DNA of 64,000 nucleotides from Vicinamibacteria bacterium (GCA_963763095.1 CAVXNR010000015.1:73865-137864), one strand, 5' to 3'; positions 12,684 to 22,094 are shown, counted from the first letter of the stretch. The notes: generated from the letters alone by a model not told the origin. Numbers and translations are program-made.

Positions 12684-13802
12684 ATGCCGCGCGCCCGCTG
12701 GCGCGTGGGTCTCCTCGTGTTTGCTGCGGCCCTCGCCGCCGGGCCGGCAGCAATCGTCGCGCAGGATCTCTCCATCCGCGAGTACAAGCCAAAGTCCACG
12801 CTCGTCGTTCCGGCGCATCCGGTGCCCCGGGCGAAGTACCCGGTCGTCGACGTTCACAGCCACCACTCCCGGCTGACAGCGGCAGGCTATGCGCAGGTCG
12901 TCCGCGAGATGGACGCCCTGAACCTGCGTGTGCTCGTGAACTTGAGTGGGGGCAGCGGCGAGGAACTGAAGGGCATGCTCGCGATGATTGCTAAGAGCCC
13001 CGCGCCCGACCGCATGGTGGTGTTCGCGAACCCGGATTTCTCCGACATCGACATGCCCGGATACGGCAGGCGTGCGGCCGCCCGATTCGAGGCGGACGTC
13101 GCCGCCGGCGCGCGGGGGCTGAAGATCTTCAAGAACCTGGGCCTGAGCGTGAAGCGCGCGAACGGCGTCCGCGTGCCGCTCGACGACGCCGAGCTCGATC
13201 CTCTCTGGGCCGCCTGCGCGCGGCTCAAGGTGCCGGTGCTGATTCACACGGGAGAGCCCTCGCCGTTCTTCGAGCCGGTCGATATGACGAACGAACGCTG
13301 GCTCGAGCTGCAGACGCACCCGCAGCGCCGGCGGCCCGCCGATGCGTTCCCCGCGTTCGAAGCGCTCATGGCGGAGCGCGACCGGTTGTTCACCAGGCAC
13401 CGCGGCACGACGTTCATCGCGGCCCACATGGGTTTCCACGCCAACGATCTCGGGCGGCTGGGGCGCATGCTGGATGCGATGCCGAACGTGTACGTGGAGA
13501 CCGGCGCCATCCTCGCGGAGCTTGGACGGCAGCCCCGGTTCGCGCGCGAGTTCTTCACGAAGTACCAGGATCGCGTGCTGTTCGGGAAAGACTCGTGGGC
13601 GCCGGCCGAGTACCCGTACTTCTGGCGCACGTTCGAGACCGCCGACGAGTACTTCGACTACTACCGCGACTACCATGCGTTCTGGAAGCTGTATGGACTC
13701 GACCTGCCCGACGGCGTGTTGCGGAAGCTCTATTACGGCAACGCGCTTCGAGTGGTCCCAGGCCTGAATCCGGCGCCGTTTTCGGCCATCAGTTCGCAGT
13801 GA
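12684..13802 (+). CDS. exported amidohydrolase-family (TIM-barrel metal hydrolase) protein
   Basis: MPRARWRVGLLVFAAALAAGPAAIVAQ is the signal peptide, and VVDVHSHH is the metal motif. It is a paralog of 50652..51866. Start at ATG 12684. Confidence 0.8.
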   Translation: MPRARWRVGLLVFAAALAAGPAAIVAQDLSIREYKPKSTLVVPAHPVPRAKYPVVDVHSHHSRLTAAGYAQVVREMDALNLRVLVNLSGGSGEELKGMLAMIAKSPAPDRMVVFANPDFSDIDMPGYGRRAAARFEADVAAGARGLKIFKNLGLSVKRANGVRVPLDDAELDPLWAACARLKVPVLIHTGEPSPFFEPVDMTNERWLELQTHPQRRRPADAFPAFEALMAERDRLFTRHRGTTFIAAHMGFHANDLGRLGRMLDAMPNVYVETGAILAELGRQPRFAREFFTKYQDRVLFGKDSWAPAEYPYFWRTFETADEYFDYYRDYHAFWKLYGLDLPDGVLRKLYYGNALRVVPGLNPAPFSAISSQ

Positions 13803-13820
13803 CGAGGACGGACCTCGGCG

Positions 13821-13929
13821 ACAGGCTGCAGGCGGCAGGCGGCAGGCTGTGTCTGGCTTTCAGGCTGAAGTGGCGGGAAAGTCAACTATGGTTGACCTGA
13901 TGCCCGACAGGCCCGCCGTCTGCCGCCTG
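13821..13929 (+). repeat. inverted heptamer arrays (GCAGGCG-type) around a spacer containing a GTCAAC/GTTGAC palindrome
   Basis: ACAGGCT GCAGGCG GCAGGCG GCAGGCT lies at 13821-13848. The imperfect complement CGCCGTCTGCCGCCTG lies at ~13911-13929. GTCAACtatgGTTGAC lies at 13881-13896. Confidence 0.75.
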
Positions 13930-13974
13930 ACACGTCAGCCCTCCCTGGGTTCAATTCTTGCTAGATGAGGTGCC

Positions 13975-14928
<954 letters not shown>

Positions 14929-14951
14929 ACCCGCGATTCACTTGTGTAGTC

Positions 14952-15017
14952 ATGTGGGGCAGGCCTTCAGGCCTGCTAGAGCGCACCGATTTGCAGGGCT
15001 GAAGCCCTGCCCCACAT
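14952..15017. repeat. inverted pair of REP-like elements (probable bidirectional terminator between convergent genes)
   Basis: ATGTGGGGCAGGCCTTCAGGCCTGC lies at 14952-14976. GCAGGGCTGAAGCCCTGCCCCACAT lies at 14993-15017. Each is itself a hairpin, and the two are mutually complementary. Confidence 0.85.
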
Positions 15018-15110
15018 CAGCGGTGCGGTGACACCACAAGCGAGCACTGGGTCTAGACGACGCTGCGCGCCTCCGTGCCGAGGGTCCGGCAGTCCTGTCC
15101 CGGCCAGAAA

Positions 15111-15145
15111 GAGGCTGCAGGCTGTAGCCCGAAGGCTGCAGCCTG
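15111..15145. repeat. heptamer tandem array (NAGGCTG)x5
   Basis: GAGGCTG CAGGCTG TAGCCCG AAGGCTG CAGCCTG ends 2 nt from the stop of the OMP gene. Confidence 0.8.
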
Positions 15146-15147
15146 TT

Positions 15148-16140
15148 CTATCGTCCCACCAGCACCTTCACGCGAAACGTCAGCCCGCCCAGGTTCGTTT
15201 CCCCGAATTCACCCGAGACGCCCGGCATGCCAAGCGCGTCCGGTACGGTCGTGTACTGCACTTCAAAGGCGGTAAACACCCACTTGCTCACCCCCACTTC
15301 GACGCCGCCGAGCGCGTGGTAGCTGGTGTGACGTTCGTCGACGTTCTCCGACGGGTCCGCGAACTCGGAGGTCTCGCGGAGGCGATACAATCCGAACCCG
15401 CCGCCCGCGTACGACACCAGCGTCGAGGTCGATCGGAAACGGTATCCGGCTGTCACAGTGATAGGGTTGATGGTGGCGCGGTTCTCGATGCCGAGCGGAA
15501 ACACCTCGCCGTCCGACACGACCACGCGCTGACCCGTCTTCTTGAACTGTTCGAAGGAGCCCTCGACGAACAGCTTGTCGAAGATGACCACCTGCGCGCC
15601 GCCGCCATAGAAGGGCTGCCAGGCGCTGTCGAAGATCGCATCGAAGGTGTCTTTCGCCTGGAACACGCCGTAGCTGCCAGTGGCGAAGCCACGCACGCCT
15701 ACGGTGGGCGGCTTCGGTGCGGGCGCGCGAGGCGTTTGCGCCCTCGGGTTGCCGGACGCATCCCACATGGATTCGCTGCTCCTGGACTGGCGCAGCGGAA
15801 TGTCCGGCGTGCCGGCGATGTGCTCGACGTGGGCGGCGAGCACGAATCCCGTGTTGCCCTTGCCGCCTTCCTTGGCTGGGACGAGAACCTCGATCCAGCG
15901 GTCCTCTCGTGCGACGGCCCGCAGGACGGTGCCCGACTTGACGACCGCCAGCACCAGGCTGGGATTGCGTTTCCAGATCGTCGTCTGATCCTTGACCACG
16001 CGCACCTCGCTCGGCGCCGCGGGTTGTGCCGGTGTTTGCTCCTGGGCATCCACCGCGGCCGCCCCGAACGCGAGCGACAGGACCAGCGCGCCGATGCGCC
16101 CATGCACACGGGTCACGAGACCACCTCTCCGGGCGGTCAT
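15148..16140 (-). CDS. outer-membrane beta-barrel protein with N-terminal SH3-like domain
   Basis: The signal peptide is RIGALVLSLAFGAAAVDAQE. Alternating hydrophobic beta-strand patterns run to the C-terminus (..GGLTFRVKVLVGR). Its ATG overlaps the stop of the upstream S8 protease gene (ATGA). Confidence 0.65.
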   Translation of the reverse strand: MTARRGGLVTRVHGRIGALVLSLAFGAAAVDAQEQTPAQPAAPSEVRVVKDQTTIWKRNPSLVLAVVKSGTVLRAVAREDRWIEVLVPAKEGGKGNTGFVLAAHVEHIAGTPDIPLRQSRSSESMWDASGNPRAQTPRAPAPKPPTVGVRGFATGSYGVFQAKDTFDAIFDSAWQPFYGGGAQVVIFDKLFVEGSFEQFKKTGQRVVVSDGEVFPLGIENRATINPITVTAGYRFRSTSTLVSYAGGGFGLYRLRETSEFADPSENVDERHTSYHALGGVEVGVSKWVFTAFEVQYTTVPDALGMPGVSGEFGETNLGGLTFRVKVLVGR

Positions 16141-17585
16141 CGGCTCAGACCCAGGCCACGAATCGTGCGCCGCGGGTTGATGACCCCATAGCCCGTCTCG
16201 TTATCGCGTCCGGTTGCACCGGCATCTGTCGCGAACGCCTTGATCGCCTCTTCCACGGCCTTCGGCGTCGTGATCCCCTGATCGATGAGGAGCGCGGCGA
16301 GCCCGCTCACGTGTGCGGTCGCCATGGACGTGCCTTGTTCGAACGAGTAGATGAACTGGTTGAACACACCCGCACTCGCCGCGTCCGGATCCAAGGTCTG
16401 TTGCAGGATGCCGTCGGCGTACTCGTCATTGTTCAGATCCTGGTTGTTGTCGCCGCCCGGTGCGGCAATCTCGACGTAGTCGTTCACGTTCGAGTAGAAC
16501 GAACGTGCCAGGTTGAAATCCACCGCGGCAACTGCCATTGCGCCGTCCATGTCCTTGGCGTACACCGCCGGATAGGTCGGCGGGCTGCCCGCATCCCCAT
16601 CGTTCCCGGCTGCGATCGCGAGGAAGGCGCCCTTCCCGATGGCGTATTCCATCGCATCCCGTGACGCCGTATTTTCGAAGAACGACCCGATGCTCAGGTT
16701 GATCACCTTGGCGCCGTTATCGGCTGCGTAGCGGATGGCGCGTGCCACCGTCGACGCGCCGTACGGGAACGGCGCGTCGAACGCTGCGTCCCACTCCGTG
16801 TAGATGGCCTTGATCGGCATGATCGAGACGTTGAACGACATCCCGGCCGTGCCCTCGTCGTTGTTGGTCGTCTGGGCAATCGTGCCCGCGATGTGCGTCC
16901 CGTGCCCATCGAAGTCGAAGGGTTCCGTATCGTCCCAGACGAAGTCGTACGGGCTCACGAACGGCACGCCCTTCAGTTCCGGAGCCTGAGCAAACGCTCC
17001 CTTGTCCTGGAACGCCACCCCGCTGTCGATGATCGCAACGACCACGGCGTTCTTGGCGCCGCGGTTCACGTCCCATGTCCGCTCCATGTCGATCTTCTGC
17101 AGGTTCCACTGGTAGCGATACAGCGGATCGTTCGGGCGGAACATCGTGAACACGCGTCCGTCGGGCTCCGCGTAGACCACTCCGGGCTTCCGAGCCATTT
17201 GCGCTGCCGCCGCGACGGGATCCGCGTCCGCCGGGATGTCGACGTAGACGAAATCTGCGTGGTGCACCCCACGCACAGCCTGCCCGCCGATGTCCGCAGC
17301 CATGGTGCTCATCGCCTGCGGAGACACCCCCTCGGCGAATTTCACGACGATATGGCCGGGCACGTACTGGAGCCGTGTCGCGTCTCGCACCAGAGGGCGC
17401 CCGGCCCTGAGCACCTCGGGCGCGTCCGCTGCACGGTTTGGCTGTGCGAGCAGTGCCTGCTTTCGCGACTGCTGCTGAGCGTGCAGGTGTACTGGGGCAC
17501 TCCAGGGCGAGAGCGCGAGCCCCAGCGATACCGTCGCGCCGGTGACCAGACGGGTGACGTGCGCGAAAGCAGGTGATCTACTCAT
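16137..17585 (-). CDS. secreted S8 (subtilisin-family) serine peptidase
   Basis: The catalytic triad motifs are IIDSGV, DGHGTHIAGTI and GTSMATAHVSGLAALL. The signal peptide is MSRSPAFAHVTRLVTGATVSLGLALS. ATG 17585 is preceded by GGAG. Confidence 0.9.
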   Translation of the reverse strand: MSRSPAFAHVTRLVTGATVSLGLALSPWSAPVHLHAQQQSRKQALLAQPNRAADAPEVLRAGRPLVRDATRLQYVPGHIVVKFAEGVSPQAMSTMAADIGGQAVRGVHHADFVYVDIPADADPVAAAAQMARKPGVVYAEPDGRVFTMFRPNDPLYRYQWNLQKIDMERTWDVNRGAKNAVVVAIIDSGVAFQDKGAFAQAPELKGVPFVSPYDFVWDDTEPFDFDGHGTHIAGTIAQTTNNDEGTAGMSFNVSIMPIKAIYTEWDAAFDAPFPYGASTVARAIRYAADNGAKVINLSIGSFFENTASRDAMEYAIGKGAFLAIAAGNDGDAGSPPTYPAVYAKDMDGAMAVAAVDFNLARSFYSNVNDYVEIAAPGGDNNQDLNNDEYADGILQQTLDPDAASAGVFNQFIYSFEQGTSMATAHVSGLAALLIDQGITTPKAVEEAIKAFATDAGATGRDNETGYGVINPRRTIRGLGLSR

Positions 17586-18096
17586 GCACCGTAGCTCCAA
17601 GGGAAAACGGGGGAGAGCCGGTCGAGCGCCCGCGGCGCCTCGAGCGGGGAAGTCTGATAATGCTTGAAATGCGGTCCTGGTTCAATCGTCGAGCCCGTAG
17701 GAGGGCCGGCCCGGCGGCGCCCTCTTGCATTCCGGGACCTCGCTGATCGCACGCGACTCCCGGGCAAACCCGTAACAACCAGCGTTCGCGCGGACGTTCC
17801 CACTGGACGTCAGATCCTCGCGCCCTCGTCAACGCACGTTGCCCATACCGGCCGCCTCGCGCCGGTGGGTGTCAGGGCTGCGGCCGAAGTGATGGGCGCA
17901 AATTCCAGCCGCTCACCATGATGCGGCGCCGGACCCCGCACGCCGTTCCGTGGACGCTGCCTTGCTCTCGAGTCGCGCGGCCTCTCCGGCCGCGACCTGG
18001 TGGAGCCCGACCTCACTCTGCGTGGTCGTGCCGGAGAGGCGACTCCCAATCATCGGCGGTTGGACGAACCAGCGAGAGGTCTAAGGAGCAGGACAG

Positions 18097-18411
18097 ATGA
18101 TTCGTACATCGATCGGACTGGTGGTCGCGGCGGTCCTTCTGGCGGGGCCGACCGTGCACGCGGCTGGCGGCTCTCAAGACGCGTCGGAGGCCAAGACGGC
18201 GGTCGCCGCAGTCAACCTGAACACGGCGTCTGCCACGCAGCTCGAGGAGCTGCCCGGCATCGGGGCCAAGATGGCGCTGCGCATCGTGGAATACCGTCAG
18301 AAGAACGGCGGGTTCAAGAAAATCGAGGACCTGATGAACGTCAAGGGCATTGGCGAGAAGGCTTTTCTGAAGCTGAAGCCCCATCTGACGGTCTCCCCGC
18401 CAAAGGCCTGA
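18097..18411 (+). CDS. comEA: ComEA-family helix-hairpin-helix DNA-binding protein
   Basis: A signal peptide is followed by NLNTASATQLEELPGIGAKMALRIVEYRQKNGGFKKIEDLMNVKGIGEKAF. Confidence 0.88.
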   Translation: MIRTSIGLVVAAVLLAGPTVHAAGGSQDASEAKTAVAAVNLNTASATQLEELPGIGAKMALRIVEYRQKNGGFKKIEDLMNVKGIGEKAFLKLKPHLTVSPPKA

Positions 18412-18428
18412 CGGTTGCGAGCTCGGCC

Positions 18429-18462
18429 CGCCGTTCCCGTCGGCTCACCGGCGGGAACGGCG
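18429..18462 (+). terminator. strong GC hairpin (15-bp stem, 4-nt loop) between comEA and the pseudopilin gene
   Basis: CGCCGTTCCCGTCGG ctca CCGGCGGGAACGGCG has one mismatch and no U-tract. Confidence 0.4.
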
Positions 18463-18476
18463 CCCGACGCACGGCT

Positions 18477-19052
18477 ATGCATGGCTACTCTCTGATCGAC
18501 GTGCTCGTCACCATGGCGGTTGCCGGCTGCGTCATTTCGATCTCGGTCCCGCGCCTGGACGCCGCCCTGGATGCGTGGCGCGCGCGGGGTGCGGCCTACT
18601 TCCTGGCCGAACGCGTCGCGCTCACACGTATGCAGGCCGTGCACCGGGGCGGCAACGTGGCGTTGCGGTTCGAGGCGGAGGACGGCACGTTCCGTCTCCA
18701 GGCCTACGCCGACGGGAACGACAACGGCGTGCGCAGCGCGGATATCGGTGGTGGCTACGACCCGCCCATAACGCCGCCGGATCGAGTCGATCACCTGTTT
18801 CCTGGTGCGCGCTTCGGCTTCATCCCAGGCGCGCGGCTGATCGATGGCACGGCCGTGGGGACCGGCGACGATCCGATCCGGTTTGGTGTCACGCGCATGA
18901 TCGCGAGCGCTCCGGCCGGGACGGCCACGTCGGGCACGGCGTACATCAGGGGACGGGGTCCCGTGCAGTTCGCGGTCGTGGTGCTCGGCGCCACGGGACG
19001 CGCGCGTGTGATGCGATTCGATCCGGTGACCCGGCAATGGCTCACACCGTAG
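18477..19052 (+). CDS. GspH/FimT-like pseudopilin (prepilin-type N-terminal methylation motif)
   Basis: MHGYSLIDVLVTMAVAGCVISISVP matches the G|(F/Y)(S/T)LIE prepilin motif. This is the C-terminal part of ORF 18000..19052. The start could lie further upstream. Confidence 0.7.
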   Translation: MHGYSLIDVLVTMAVAGCVISISVPRLDAALDAWRARGAAYFLAERVALTRMQAVHRGGNVALRFEAEDGTFRLQAYADGNDNGVRSADIGGGYDPPITPPDRVDHLFPGARFGFIPGARLIDGTAVGTGDDPIRFGVTRMIASAPAGTATSGTAYIRGRGPVQFAVVVLGATGRARVMRFDPVTRQWLTP

Positions 19053-19411
19053 GGGTGCCGGACACGACCGACGGGTTGCCACGGCGGGAGCGTCGCACGT
19101 TTTCACGCGTGCACTACGCGCGCGGGATCCTGCCGCCGGGCGTGCGCGTGCAGCCGGCCCGCGAGGTCATTGCCGTGAACCTCTCGCGCGGGGGCGTGCT
19201 GGTGGAGAGTGCGTGGCGCTTTCGGCCCGGCGGCAGCGTCACCGTGCACGTCCAGCAGGGAACCGGCGGGTTCCAGGTGCGCGGGGCCGTCGAGCGATGC
19301 CTGGTGCACGCTCTCGAGCGGGGCGGGGGTGTGCGCTACCGCGCCGCGATCAGGTTCGAGGCGCCGCTCGTCGGCGATCCCCCGACCGATGCGTTGTACG
19401 GCGCCGGCTGA
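19037..19411 (+). CDS. PilZ-domain protein
   Basis: RRERRTFSRV...VNLSRGGVLVES matches the PilZ RxxxR and (D/N)xSxxG motifs. ATG 19037 lies within ORF 18575..19411. Confidence 0.7.
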   Translation: MAHTVGVPDTTDGLPRRERRTFSRVHYARGILPPGVRVQPAREVIAVNLSRGGVLVESAWRFRPGGSVTVHVQQGTGGFQVRGAVERCLVHALERGGGVRYRAAIRFEAPLVGDPPTDALYGAG

Positions 19412-19419
19412 ACTCAGCG

Positions 19420-19652
19420 CACGTGAGCCGTGATCGTGTGCGATCCGCCGGGGCGAGGCGTATAGTGGCACGCGATCAGGAGACCGCGTGGATCGACGAA
19501 CGTTCGTGCGCCTGCTGGGCGGCGGTGCCCCTCGCGACGCCGCGAGACACAGACAAACGTCCGCGCGTGCGCGTGGTCAGTCAGTATCGCCCTTTCGTGA
19601 CCCCAGGCATGCCGGGCCGCTCCCCGGGGCTCGTCGTCGCCGTGGGCTCGGA
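19420..19652 (+). repeat. copy 1 of a ~230-280 bp diverged direct repeat (pilZ-downstream spacer plus DUF362 5' end)
   Basis: It aligns with 20872-21120 at roughly 85-90% identity by eye, with one indel block. Confidence 0.85.
19488..19652 (+). pseudogene. truncated duplicate of the DUF362 gene 5' end (TAT signal plus first ~35 mature codons)
   Basis: VDRRTFVRLL.. then, after a 1-nt shift, AAVPLATPRDTDKRPRVRVVSQYRPFVTPGMPGRSPGLVVAVGSD. Homology to the full gene at 20942.. stops at 19652. Confidence 0.7.
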
Positions 19653-19797
19653 CCCGCGTGGCGGCCTCGCTCCGCGTGTGGGCCAGATGTCTACGTCCCA
19701 CCGATCAGCCGTTGGGCTGCACTGCCCGACATCTACACGTTCGCGAAATTCTCTCGATAAGATGCGCGCGCGTCAGTTCACTTTCAGGAGGTCGCTC

Positions 19798-20811
19798 ATG
19801 TCCAAGGAAAAACACGTCACAGTGTTTCCAACCTACGGCTACCGCACTGGCGCCGGCTGGACCGTACCCGTGAGAGTGTGGGTGCACAAACAGCGGCGCT
19901 TGGACCACCTTTCGGACGATCACATTCGCGCGCTCCTCCTGGACGACGAGGGTGGCCCGCTGCCGACGGATGAGGAAATCGTCAGGTGTCGGGAGTGCAT
20001 TGCGGACTTTGTCGCCGACAGCGATTCAGGCGAGCGAGTGGTCCTTTTTGGCGAGGACGGACGCGAGCTTTACCGGTTCCCGTCGAGAACCGACGCCAAC
20101 GGCCTCGCGGAAGGAGAGCTCCATCTGCCTGGCGATCGCTCAGATCGCCTCACGATCACAGCCAGGGTGACAGGAACGCTGGGTAGAACTTTCGACGGCA
20201 CGGGAATCATCATCCTCCTCGAGCCGGAAGGGAAATCGGTCGTTTCCGACATCGACGACACAATCAAGGTGAGCGAGATTCCAGCGGGGAAGGCAATCAT
20301 CCTGCGGAACACGTTCCTCCGTCCGTACGTCGCCGCTGAGGGAATGCGGGACCGGTACCACGGTCTGGGCGATGTCTCCTTCCATTACGTGTCCGGAAGC
20401 CCGTGGCAGCTTTTCGGACTGCTACATAAATTCCTAATCGAACAGGATGGTTTTCCATGGGGTACATTTCACATGAAAAGCCTGAGGACCAGCCCACTCG
20501 ATCTGCCGAACTTCATCAGAGACCTAAAAAACTTCGTCACAGGGAAGGACGCCACGAAGGAGCAGAAGATCAGCCAGATCTCAGCGCTAATGGACAACCT
20601 TCCGGGCCGGAAGTTTACGCTCATCGGCGATTCGGGGGAACTTGACCCGGAGGTGTTCACCGGGCTACGGACGACGCGCGGCGCGCAGATCGAGAAGATT
20701 GTGATTCGCGACGTGGTAGACGCAGGACGCCAGGCCCCGGAGAGGCTACGCGGTGTTGACGAAATCATCGACGCACCCTTGATCCAGCGCGGGATGTCTC
20801 AGTTCAGGTGA
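19798..20811 (+). CDS. App1-family (DUF2183) phosphatidate phosphatase-like HAD protein
   Basis: MSKEKHVTVFPTYGYRTGAGWTVPVRVWVH..., with HAD motif SDIDDTIKV and GDSGELDPE. AGGAGG lies 6 nt upstream of the ATG. GC is visibly lower than in the neighbours. Confidence 0.8.
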   Translation: MSKEKHVTVFPTYGYRTGAGWTVPVRVWVHKQRRLDHLSDDHIRALLLDDEGGPLPTDEEIVRCRECIADFVADSDSGERVVLFGEDGRELYRFPSRTDANGLAEGELHLPGDRSDRLTITARVTGTLGRTFDGTGIIILLEPEGKSVVSDIDDTIKVSEIPAGKAIILRNTFLRPYVAAEGMRDRYHGLGDVSFHYVSGSPWQLFGLLHKFLIEQDGFPWGTFHMKSLRTSPLDLPNFIRDLKNFVTGKDATKEQKISQISALMDNLPGRKFTLIGDSGELDPEVFTGLRTTRGAQIEKIVIRDVVDAGRQAPERLRGVDEIIDAPLIQRGMSQFR

Positions 20812-20843
20812 ACCATGGTGGACGAAGGGGATCGACGTCAGGT

Positions 20844-21120
20844 GCCACGACGGGAGCGTCGCACTTTTTCACGCGTGTGATCCGTGGTCGTGTGCGATTC
20901 GCCGGCGCAAGGCGTATAGTGGCACGCGATCAGGAGACCGCGTGGATCGACGAACCTTCGTGCGCCTGCTGGCGGCGGTACCCCTCGCGACACCGCGAGA
21001 CACACCGAGAGACACACACGACGTCCCGCCGCGTGCGCGTGGTCAGTCAGTATCGCCCTTCCGTGACCCCAGGCATGCCGGGCCGCTATCCCGGACGCGT
21101 CGTCGCCGTGGGCTCGGACC
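20844..21120 (+). repeat. copy 2 of the direct repeat, beginning with a 34-bp fragment of the pilZ 5' end
   Basis: 20844-20877 (gccacgacgggagcgtcgcactttttcacgcgtg) matches pilZ 19078-19111. The rest matches 19424-19652. Confidence 0.85.
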
Positions 21121-22094
21121 AGGTGCTCGACGCTGTGACCCGCGCATCGGACGGCGGCGTCGTCCGGGAGATGATGGCCCGCGGCATGTGCGCACTCACG
21201 GGAACGCGCGCGCCCGGAGACGCGTGGCGCCACTTCTTCGAACCCGCCGACGTCGTGGGCATCAAGGTCAACTGCGGCGGGCATCCTTACGTCGTCTCGG
21301 ACCACGCGATCGTCGCGGAAACCGTGCGCCAATTGATGGATGCCGGCGTGCCGCCCACGCAGATCTACGTGTACGAGCGCTTCCAGCAGCAGCTCGATGC
21401 CGTGAACTACGCACCGCATCTGCCCGGGGAGGTTCAGATTGTCGCCGCCGAGCGAGAGAACGCCTACTCGGATAACAGCGGCTACGATCCGGCCACGTAC
21501 GTGGAGGCCGATCTGTTCGGTGAGGAGGACACCCGCTCGAACATGATGCGGCTGATCACGGGCCGGCTCACGAAGATCATCAACATCCCGAACGTCAAGG
21601 ACCACGGCGCGACCGGTGCGACCGGCTGTCTCAAGAACATCGCGTACGGCAGCTTCTCGAACGTCGCACGCACGCACTACGGGAGCCGCTCGCACACATA
21701 CTCGTTCGTCGGCCGCCTCGCGTCGGTTGAGCCCCTGAGGTCTCGCACGGTCCTGCAAATCATGGACGGGCTGCGCGGTGTGTGGCACGGTGGTCCCTTC
21801 GCGCACACTGATCGTTTCGTCTTCTATCCGCGCCGCATCTTCTTCGGCACCGACCCGGTGGCCATCGATCGGCTGCTGCTCGACATCATCGATCAGAAGC
21901 GGAAGGCGGAAGGGGCGATTTCCATCTGGGATCGCTCCCCTGCGTCACTGCGGCCCGACGACATGTCCGCGCGTGACAGCGATCCCAATGTGAACATCCT
22001 GATCCGTGAGCCCGGGCACGTGGAATACGCGTCGCGCCTCGGGCTTGGCGTGTACGACATGGCGCGGATCACGGTGCAGCAGCTCCAGGTATGA
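20942..22094 (+). CDS. DUF362-domain protein with TAT signal (frame broken near 21025)
   Basis: GTG 20942 gives the twin-arginine signal VDRRTFVRLLAAVPLATP. The body is in the frame of ORF 20808..22094 (RVRVVSQYRPSVTPGMPGRYPGRVVAV...GIKVNCGG). Removing one C from the CCC at 21025-21027 joins them. Alternatively the gene starts at GTG 21033 without a signal. Confidence 0.7.

Noticed and set aside
15028-16191. 387-aa plus-strand ORF
   Set aside because: It is antisense to the OMP gene, which has a signal peptide and beta-barrel pattern. It has no motifs.
17640-17700. tRNA-like T-loop sequence GGTTCAATC
   Set aside because: The flanks do not form T-stem, acceptor or anticodon arms, so no cloverleaf can be drawn.
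17755-17820. CGGGCAAACC resembling the c-di-GMP-I (GEMM) riboswitch core, upstream of comEA/PilZ genes
   Set aside because: Only this short block matches. The second conserved half (GACGCAAAGCC.CCGG-like) and the paired stems are not evident, and it lies ~300 nt from the nearest start.
19213-20811. 532-aa ORF as one fusion protein
   Set aside because: It is a composite. It reads through pilZ out of frame, the duplicated DUF362 5' fragment and non-coding DNA into the App1 gene, which has its own RBS and ATG at 19798.
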